A stretch of 64,000 nt of DNA, taken from IMG/VR virus record IMGVR_UViG_3300025853_000041, positions 41,182-105,181 of that record; one strand, written 5' to 3'. The stretch comes from a virus. The translations under genes were made by a program, and so were the position numbers. Below the pieces are notes generated by a model. That model ran no database searches. It was not told the origin of the DNA and saw nothing but the letters and a program-made list of their open reading frames with translations. Of this stretch, positions 1 through 8,400 are shown one piece after another. Positions within the stretch are counted from its first letter, which is position 1. Each line of letters opens with the position of its first letter.

Positions 1-909
1 AAAGAAATTACACCTTACAAATATGAACCCAACCTTTTCACAAACAATAAAGCACACTTTGTATATGGTTCAGATAAGCATATAGGAGCTCTTACTAAAT
101 TAGACTCCATTTATCAGAACAAATATGATAGAAGTGTAATGAGAGAAAGAATAGTTTATGCTACTATTAAAAATATTGAGGAAAGTGTTGCTTTACATGG
201 AAAATTTGAAGCTTTATATATTATGGATTTTGGTGATGCTTTAGATGGGTATAATCAAAAGACCACAGGAGGACTAAGAGGAACATCCTCACACACACTA
301 CCTCAACAATTAAATAATAGAGAGCAACAAGATTTTTATGTAGAATTACATAGAGAGTTGTTTGATTTAATTGTAAAAGGAGAATATGCAGCAGAAATCT
401 ATTTTGTTGCCACAAGTAACTCAAATCATGGTGGAGACTTTGAATATGGAGCTATGAGACACCTTCAAACTTATTTGGAGTGTAAATACCCATTTATCAA
501 AACTTATGTCTCCTACCAGCCTTATAATCATTTTGTCTTTGGAGGTCATGCAATAGTTTTTGGTCATGGAAAAGATGATGAAGATATGAAGAATGGTTTA
601 CCTTTAGTTATTAATGATAAGGTCTCTACTGTTCTTTCTGATTATATTAGGGTAAATGAACTAGATAAATACAATGTTAGTGTCATAAGTGGAGATTTAC
701 ATCAATCAGCAGAAGGGTACGCTAAAAACTTTAGATATAAGAAAGTACTATCCCAATATGGTAGTAGTAAATGGATGCACACAAACTTTGGTTCAGGACA
801 ACCTGGGCTATCATCTGAGGTGTATGTTTACAATTCTAAAAAGATTTATAAAGAGGACGAATTCTTTGATATTGAAAATGAATCCAATACAGGGATAGAT
901 TTTAAATAA
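1..909 (+). CDS. Calcineurin-like metallophosphoesterase (5'-truncated by window edge)
   Basis: Frame is open from base 1 (KEITPYKY...VYGSDKHIG). The DxH motif at 73-81 lies upstream of the ORF-track start at 139. Further motifs GDALDG, SNH, HG and GDLH. Confidence 0.8.
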   Translation, partial: KEITPYKYEPNLFTNNKAHFVYGSDKHIGALTKLDSIYQNKYDRSVMRERIVYATIKNIEESVALHGKFEALYIMDFGDALDGYNQKTTGGLRGTSSHTLPQQLNNREQQDFYVELHRELFDLIVKGEYAAEIYFVATSNSNHGGDFEYGAMRHLQTYLECKYPFIKTYVSYQPYNHFVFGGHAIVFGHGKDDEDMKNGLPLVINDKVSTVLSDYIRVNELDKYNVSVISGDLHQSAEGYAKNFRYKKVLSQYGSSKWMHTNFGSGQPGLSSEVYVYNSKKIYKEDEFFDIENESNTGIDFK

Positions 910-916
910 TTTTTAT

Positions 917-924
917 TATCTTTG
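917..924 (+). promoter_or_regulatory. Possible Bacteroidota sigma-A -7 box (TAnnTTTG)
   Basis: TATCTTTG lies in the short intergenic gap just before the ATG at 929. No clear -33 TTTG. Confidence 0.4.
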
Positions 925-928
925 TCAG

Positions 929-1639
929 ATGAATGAAAATAAAATCATTGGTTTCTTTAAAGATTTAGAATTTAATGAACCCAACCACATATATAGTGTA
1001 AATGGAAACAGGATTAAAAATTCTGTTTCCAAACTTATTAAAAGATTTGTCAAGAAAACAGATTTTGACGATATTGCTATAAGTATTGATAATAGAGATA
1101 GTCTTCCCAATGGGACTACCTCTATGATGTGGAAACTTAACTCTGAGGTGTCCTTATCTATTGGAACTGCAGCTCATTATTTTGGAGAGATGTATCCTTT
1201 CAATAAAATATTAAAACCTTCAAATGGTTATGAAGAGGCAATAGTTAAGTTTTGGAATGATTTACCTGACCATATAGTTCCTGTTGTAATGGAACTAAAG
1301 ATGTACCATAAAGACTATATGTTTGCAGGTACTGGGGATATTCTTCTATATAACACTAAGACAGGGCATTATATTATAGGAGATTACAAAACTAATAAAG
1401 ACCTCTTTAAGAATTTTAAAGAGCAAAGGATGTTAAAAATCTTTAAGGATTTATTAGACATGCCTATAAACCACTATCAATTACAACTTTCTTTCTACCA
1501 AATATTGTTTGAACAAACAGGATATACAGTAGAAGGAAGAAAAATTATTTGGTTAAAACCTAATGGAGAATATGAAATGTTTGACGCTCAGGATTATACA
1601 AATGAATTAAAAGAATATTTAAAATCAAATAAGGTATGA
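929..1639 (+). CDS. PD-(D/E)XK exonuclease (RecB/Cas4-like fold, no Fe-S cysteines)
   Basis: GTAAH, AGTGD, GDYKT and YQLQLSFY motifs. Confidence 0.8.
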   Translation: MNENKIIGFFKDLEFNEPNHIYSVNGNRIKNSVSKLIKRFVKKTDFDDIAISIDNRDSLPNGTTSMMWKLNSEVSLSIGTAAHYFGEMYPFNKILKPSNGYEEAIVKFWNDLPDHIVPVVMELKMYHKDYMFAGTGDILLYNTKTGHYIIGDYKTNKDLFKNFKEQRMLKIFKDLLDMPINHYQLQLSFYQILFEQTGYTVEGRKIIWLKPNGEYEMFDAQDYTNELKEYLKSNKV

Positions 1640-2163
1640 AATTAGAATATTATGTGGAGAAACTCCCACGTTTATTTTGGAGAGTCAAACAATTAGAAGT
1701 AGCCACAGGAGGAATAGAAGAGGGTAGTAAAAAGTTGATTCAATATACAGTAGATAACTACACAGCTTTATTAGCTGTGCCAACTCCTTCTGTAAATGAA
1801 TTTGCTTTTGTAAAGAATTCCCAGGGAACTAGTTGGCTTCCAGGGACACTAGGGGGAACATACTATGGTAAAGGGTTATATATATACAGTGGAGCTGATT
1901 GGGTAGAAGCTAATATAGAAATTAACACAGCTTTAGCAGACCTTTATAGAGAACACCAAGTAGAGTTTATTACTTCTGACATAGTATTAGAAGATTCAAC
2001 AACTTTTGATGGACAAATAGTTATTAAAAATGTTACAGAAGGTCCTTTAAATGTGAACACAGTAGCTTTAGATAAACTTGAAGGTTTAGACACTCAAATT
2101 ATATATGGGGGAGAATCTTTTACAATAAGAAAATATCAAATAAACGATTACAGAATAGTTTAA
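1636..2163 (+). CDS. Hypothetical protein, probably virion-associated
   Basis: Beta-rich ORF coupled (ATGA overlap) into the structural cluster. Confidence 0.45.
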   Translation: MKLEYYVEKLPRLFWRVKQLEVATGGIEEGSKKLIQYTVDNYTALLAVPTPSVNEFAFVKNSQGTSWLPGTLGGTYYGKGLYIYSGADWVEANIEINTALADLYREHQVEFITSDIVLEDSTTFDGQIVIKNVTEGPLNVNTVALDKLEGLDTQIIYGGESFTIRKYQINDYRIV

Positions 2164-2179
2164 AATAAAATAAGAAATT

Positions 2180-2974
2180 ATGACACTTATAAGAAATACA
2201 AACAATTGGATTGAACACGCTAAAGAGATTATCTTTGCAGAAGATGGTGTTCGTGTTAGTGTAGAGGCAAAGAATAAAGACCTACTTAAATTTGGTAGAA
2301 ATAGTCTAGTCAACACTTTAAAATCTACTATAATGACATTACCTGCTGGAATAGACAATGAAATCTTTGTGAATTCTAATTTAATAAATACAATGGTTTC
2401 AACCAATCCAGGAGATACCCAGACAGTAGAGCTTGAAGGGCATACAATAAGTGGTGGTTTATTTACATTTGTAGTTCAAAATGTTACTCTTACAGGTCAA
2501 ACACCAGTAGCTTTATCAACACCTCTTGCAAGAGTATCTAGAATTCGTAACAGACTTTCAGCTACTGATTTACTTGGGACTATTTATGTAACCGAGACTG
2601 ACACATTTTCAGCAGGTGGTGTTCCTAATACACCTTCAAAAGTACATATAATGGTGAATGCAGGGTTAAATAATTCAGAAAAAGCAGCCACCACCATATC
2701 TAATAACGATTATTGGTTAGTCACAAAATTTTATGGGGATTGTCTTGAAAAAACAGCTACCTATGGGACTGTACATTTTGAAGTCAGATTACCAGGGGGT
2801 GTTTTCTTTAATCTAGTAGATATAGCTGCATCAACAAATTTTTCTGGTGTACACTTTTTTGAACCCTATGTTATTATAAAACCAAATTCAGATGTGAGAT
2901 TAAGAGCATTATCGAGTGCTGTTGGAAAAGATTTTTCTGGGGGAATTCAAGGGGTTTTATTAACTGCACAATAA
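2180..2974 (+). CDS. Putative virion structural protein (beta-rich)
   Basis: T/G/S/V-rich composition and position among tail genes. Confidence 0.45.
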   Translation: MTLIRNTNNWIEHAKEIIFAEDGVRVSVEAKNKDLLKFGRNSLVNTLKSTIMTLPAGIDNEIFVNSNLINTMVSTNPGDTQTVELEGHTISGGLFTFVVQNVTLTGQTPVALSTPLARVSRIRNRLSATDLLGTIYVTETDTFSAGGVPNTPSKVHIMVNAGLNNSEKAATTISNNDYWLVTKFYGDCLEKTATYGTVHFEVRLPGGVFFNLVDIAASTNFSGVHFFEPYVIIKPNSDVRLRALSSAVGKDFSGGIQGVLLTAQ

Positions 2975-2998
2975 ATTATGAAAACAAAAAAATAAATT

Positions 2999-3769
2999 AT
3001 GATAATAAGAGAAATCATACAAAGGGTTCAGTCACTATACTCAAAAGGAGTACAGTCTGATGATAGTAGATTGTCTTCAAGACATGTTTACAATAAACTC
3101 TTATCCACAAGGGCTAAGATTTTAACACAAAAAATTAATAAGAGACAACCTATAAGTCAATGGGTATATCAAACTTTACCTTGTGTAGAGATGATTTCAG
3201 CTCTACCTTCTGAGTGCCCCTGTTTGCCTCCAGTTGGATGTAAGATTCTTAGAAGTAAATACCCATTACCAGCACCTTTAGTAGGGCATATGAATGGGCA
3301 TGTCTTACAATCAGTTACATCTATTGAAGGTAGTATAATATTTTCTGAGACCAATTGGGAGAAGAAAAAATATGCTGTTGGTAATAAATACACAGCAAAG
3401 AAACCTGATTTTTTTATAAGAAATAATTATCTGTATATTACAACTAAAACAGCTCCTAAAGTTATAGCAGTGACTGGTCTATTTAATGACCCACTTGAAG
3501 CAGCTAAGTATCCAAGTATTTGTGGTACAACAGATTGTAAAGATACAACTATTATTACAGAAAGTAAGTATGAAGAGCAAACAGGATATAAGCCTGAGGA
3601 TAATTGTCCTGAGTGTCTTAGTCCTTTAGATTTAGAGTTGCCTTTAGATAATGAAACAGTAGATACAGTAATAGAGATAGCAGTGATAGAACTTATTGAT
3701 AGATTTGTCCCTAATGTAGAGGACACTAGCAATAATAGTACTGACACACCAAAAGAACAAAGTAAATAA
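2999..3769 (+). CDS. crAss-like tail ring/adaptor protein
   Basis: QTLPCVEM...C.C...CKILRSKYPLP and GLFNDP motifs, next to IHF-like and tail tubular genes as in crAss-like phages. Confidence 0.6.
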   Translation: MIIREIIQRVQSLYSKGVQSDDSRLSSRHVYNKLLSTRAKILTQKINKRQPISQWVYQTLPCVEMISALPSECPCLPPVGCKILRSKYPLPAPLVGHMNGHVLQSVTSIEGSIIFSETNWEKKKYAVGNKYTAKKPDFFIRNNYLYITTKTAPKVIAVTGLFNDPLEAAKYPSICGTTDCKDTTIITESKYEEQTGYKPEDNCPECLSPLDLELPLDNETVDTVIEIAVIELIDRFVPNVEDTSNNSTDTPKEQSK

Positions 3770-4227
3770 TGAAAAATTTAAGAGAAAGTTATAAATTATA
3801 TAAAACCTTAGTAAACAATCCAATAGATATTAAAGACTATTTATTGTTAGCTGCCCAGTATAATTCTTTTTTGATAGAAAAAGTATTAGCTGGTAAAGAA
3901 GTTACCCTTCCTTCAAGAATGGGTACTTTATCAATTGTAGGCAGAAAACAAAAAATAAGATTTGATGAAGATGGAAAAGTAGTTGGTTTAGCCCCTGATT
4001 GGGTAAAAACTAAAGAATTGTGGTTAAATAATCCACAAGCTAAAAAAGAAAAGAAACTTCTCTACCATACCAATCCACATACAGATAATGTGAGGTATAA
4101 GTTTTTATGGTCAAAGAAAAATGTTGCAGTAGAGAATAAAACTCTATATTCATTAAGATTGACTAGAGATAACAAAAGAGCTGTACATAAAAAAATTATG
4201 GAGGGCACTTTATATAAAACAGTTTAA
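3769..4227 (+). CDS. IHF/HU-like protein conserved in crAss-like tail modules
   Basis: GKEVTLPSRMGTLSI and PDWVKTKELW; basic protein; synteny. Confidence 0.65.
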   Translation: MKNLRESYKLYKTLVNNPIDIKDYLLLAAQYNSFLIEKVLAGKEVTLPSRMGTLSIVGRKQKIRFDEDGKVVGLAPDWVKTKELWLNNPQAKKEKKLLYHTNPHTDNVRYKFLWSKKNVAVENKTLYSLRLTRDNKRAVHKKIMEGTLYKTV

Positions 4228-4228
4228 A

Positions 4229-4489
4229 ATGGATGGACTAGAAAACAAAGAGGTAACAATTATTGGAAAAGACAATAGTACATTACCAGAAGGAGCAAAG
4301 GTAACAAAGAAAAGAGTTGATATTACAGTAGAACAGATTGAGAATGGATTTATTCTTAAGAAAAACTATGATATAAGCTATACTTTAGGTGGTAAACAAG
4401 ATTATTTATACTACTGTAAAAAAGTTTACAGTGAAGATAACCCTATTGAAATAAAAGAAGATAAAATGCTTGCAGATTATTTCGACTAA
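4229..4489 (+). CDS. Hypothetical protein
   Basis: 86-aa ORF tightly packed in the operon. Confidence 0.6.
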   Translation: MDGLENKEVTIIGKDNSTLPEGAKVTKKRVDITVEQIENGFILKKNYDISYTLGGKQDYLYYCKKVYSEDNPIEIKEDKMLADYFD

Positions 4490-4501
4490 AAATATAAAAA
4501 G

Positions 4502-5413
4502 ATGAGTATGTTAAATTATGTAACTATTGACAGGATATTTTCCAAACTACACAGGGACTTAAGAGGTACTGAAACAAATGAAACTGATGTTATTGAATGG
4601 ATTGGGGAAGCTTTAGATTTCTTAAAAGTACCTCAAGTACTTGAAGAGAGGGTAGCTATTGTTACTGTATCTGATTATCACGCTGAGATACCTGATAATT
4701 TACATATGGTTACTCAGATAGCAAGAAATAATAGTTGGACAAAATCTTGTGCCTGTGAAGGAGCATGTGCTTGTACAACAGAAGAAACAGTGGTGGAAAC
4801 TGCTACTCCCTGTGACGAGGACCCATGTAATACTGTAAATCCAGAAATTACTTTAGATGATTGGTCCTATACAATCTGGACCAGTTCAGAGCTATACCAA
4901 AGAAATTATACTCCTGTCAGGCTTGCCACAGGAAGTTTTTTCAACAATTTAGTATGTAAAGAAAAAGATTTATCTCTATATTTGACCTGTGAGGATGAAT
5001 ATACCATTGTGGGTACTACTTGTAAGAGGCTTAGATTTAATTTTATTGAAGGTCAGGTAGCTATTTCTTATTTAAAGAATGTGGCAGATGAAGATACTGG
5101 ATATCCTTTAATACCTGAGAACATCTCTTATATAACAGCAATCACTTATTATATCAAGTGGAAGTTAGCTGAATTATTTGAATGGGCAGGCAGAGAAGGT
5201 TGGGCAGGTAAGGCAGAAAAAGCTGAACAAAGATGGCTTAAGTATGCAAGACAAGCAAAGAACCAACAAAAAATGCCAAAGACTTTAGATGAATATCAAA
5301 ATCTTTTAGAGCAAACACACTACTTAATTCCAAATCACAAGAGATATTATGGTTACTTTGGAAACTTAGGTAAAAGCCAAACAAGACAATTTAATAATTT
5401 TAATCGAGTATAA
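4502..5413 (+). CDS. Tail tubular/ring protein (P22 gp4-like, crAss Ttub)
   Basis: DVIEWIGEAL and DEDTGYPLIP...AITYYI motifs; immediately upstream of the stabilisation protein. Confidence 0.7.
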   Translation: MSMLNYVTIDRIFSKLHRDLRGTETNETDVIEWIGEALDFLKVPQVLEERVAIVTVSDYHAEIPDNLHMVTQIARNNSWTKSCACEGACACTTEETVVETATPCDEDPCNTVNPEITLDDWSYTIWTSSELYQRNYTPVRLATGSFFNNLVCKEKDLSLYLTCEDEYTIVGTTCKRLRFNFIEGQVAISYLKNVADEDTGYPLIPENISYITAITYYIKWKLAELFEWAGREGWAGKAEKAEQRWLKYARQAKNQQKMPKTLDEYQNLLEQTHYLIPNHKRYYGYFGNLGKSQTRQFNNFNRV

Positions 5414-8400
5414 TGGCAAAGAAAATAACAGAAACTGGTATAGGGCTACATTTAGATAGTGCTATCGTAGAAAGACCTAAAGGAACTTATAGATATGCCC
5501 TCAATGCAGTTATGGAAACTGACCTTGGGGACATTTCTCTTTTATCTAATGAAGAAAGTAATGAGCCCTGTGCCTATTTGCCACAAGGTTACACTCCTCT
5601 TGGAAAAGTTTATATTGGTGATAATAGAACTGCTATATTTTCAAAAAGTGCTGATGGTTTACTTGATGAGATAGGTATATTAGATAATGCTTGTACATAT
5701 ACTACACATGTAAATGGGGATTTAGGTTTTAGTATAAACCACCAGATAGATGCTACATACAGATTAAGAAGAGGATGTGAAACTACAATTTACTGGGTAG
5801 ATGGAAAGAACAATAAACCTATGTATTATGTATTTGAAAAACCTCAACAATTTAAAGATGGAGCTGGAGATTGGCTTAAAACAAAATTTGAACTTCAAAG
5901 AAGTTATAGAAAAGTACCAAAATTTGAAGATGTAATTTTACAGAATTCAGGTGGTGCTCTTCCTCCAGGGTCTTACAATATTGCAGTACAATATTTAGAT
6001 GAAAATCTCAATCCTACTGAGTGGATTGCCACATCAGAGGTAATTATTTGCTATGGGGATGATACCACAGAAGCATATTTAGAAATTGAAGGAGAGATTA
6101 ATATTGCAGAAGGAGCAGATGTAGAAGATTATAGAACTTTTGGAGATACAGATAAGTCTATAAAAGTAGTGATGGATAATTTAGATGAAACTTTTTTATA
6201 TTATCGATTAGCTTTTATAGGAGCAAACAATGGTAGTGGTCAAATTAATGAAATCCATTTTACTGAAAAACTGCCAACTCAAAACAATATTTTTATATAC
6301 ACTGGAACAAATTTTGAAACAGAGGGTACTCTTGAAGAGATAGCTGAATTCAACAGTATAATTGAATCAGCAGGAAGTATAGAACAAGCAGACAATATAT
6401 TAATTTTAGGTAACACTCAAGGAAAACAAATAAACTATTGTAATCTGCAAAGATATGCTTCTCGAATAAATACAGATTTGGTCACTAAAAAAGTGTTCAC
6501 AAATCAAATGGTTGATGAAGCTAATCCAAAATACCCAACAGCCAGATTTAATGGTGTAGGGTATCAGCCAGGGGAAATATACTCTTTAGGAGTTGTGTAT
6601 GTATTTGGAGATGGTACACAAACTCCTGTATATCATATTCCTGGAAAAAACCCTACTATTTTAGATTCAGGATTAAACAATGTCTCTCAAGATTTTGTTT
6701 TTGCTCCTGGAGAAAATGTATATCCTATGTCTCCTGATAATGAGAGTCTTAACAGTGTGTACAGTGATAATGATACTTGTTCAAATTCAGACTATTGGGG
6801 TACAGATTCCATAGGAGATGCACTAAAATTTTCAAAAGTAAGACACCACAGATTTCCAAAAAGAAGTGAGTTAGGTATTGATTTTGTAAATGTAGAAACT
6901 GTTATTGGTGGAGACACAACTTTTTACCAAGTCTCTTTAAATATAACTGGAAATTTAGTTACAAACTGGATTTGTGATGAGGCAGGGGTGACTGCTGGAA
7001 CATGTAGTGTAGTAGGAGAACAAGTACCTATGCCAACATTCCAAGCAAGAGTCACTTTTGATGTTGATGGTGTAACTGACTATTTAATTGTAAATATTAA
7101 TCCTTCAGATTATATTGAGTCAGGTTTGACTACTGCTATTAATATTACAGAATACTCAGACTATTATACCACACCTTTAATTACTATCACTAACATAGAA
7201 GAAAGTTTAGATGATGGCACAAGTGCAAGTATTGGAGTAAGTTCAGGAACAGGAGATGCAGAACATGGGCTTCTTAGTTATCAAGCTGCTTCAGGAACTG
7301 CTGTCTTTACAGCAGAAACAAAAATATATTCAACACAAATTTATGGGTTGAAATTTTCAAACATTGAATTACCACCTACTTCAGTAACAAATGGAGAGAA
7401 AATTATTGGTTATTATATTGTTAGAAATGAGAGAACCGAAGAAGAAAAAACTATTTTAGACACTGCTGTTTTAACTCCTTCTACTATCAACGAAAAATAT
7501 ATTGCTCATGGATTACTATATCCTGAGTTTGGGACACTTGATAGAAAAATCTCAGATAGGGTATTTGGATTAATCTCACCTGAATTTCTTTTTGAAGGTA
7601 AGAAATATCCTGAGTTCACTAGCTTAAAACAAGAAGGTAGATTCAGTGTTATTGACAGACTAAAAAGTAAATCGAGATATCTTGATATCACTGATGGGAG
7701 TAGTTATGATTCTTCAGTACATAAAAGTGGTGGAGGTAAAGATAAAGATGGTTGGTCAATAAAAGCCATCACAAGAGATAATATAACAGAATTTGAAAAA
7801 GTATATGATGATTTCAACTTAGTACAAGATGATGTAGAAGATATTTTTTATTTAGATGCTTTACAAAGTCGAGACATTGAAGATGATTCTTTTTCTGTAT
7901 TTAATATTGCAGGAGACAACAAAGTGGGTATTTTACAATTAAAAGAAGACACTAGTGCTGTAATTGATAACACTCTCCCTTATGTATATTTAGAAAGACC
8001 AATTGCAGATTCTTATTCTACATTTAGGTCACTTCCTTATTATAAGGTTAGTCAAAACCTTCATGAATTTTATTTAGCTGATGGTGAGACATATGACCCA
8101 GCTAGTGCTGAAGCCACTTTATTTAATGGTGATACTTATATTACAGCTTTGAGATATTTGAATACAGTATGGTGGGACAATAGAGTAGCTAAAAGAGCAG
8201 GAAGAACTTCTGTTTGGGATTACATTATTGGAGCTATTTTACTTGTAATAGGGACTATCTTACTAATATTTGGTGGGTCTGGAGCTCTTGTTATAGGAGC
8301 TGGTATCGCAATTATAGGAGGTTCATCCTTATTTGTTTCATCAGGTATCAGAAGAGATGCTTTGGTAAGAGCTTATTATGATGAGTATGATAAAGGACTT

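Noticed and set aside
929-1639. Cas4 / CRISPR system
   Set aside because: No Fe-S cysteines, no other cas genes and no repeat-spacer array seen.
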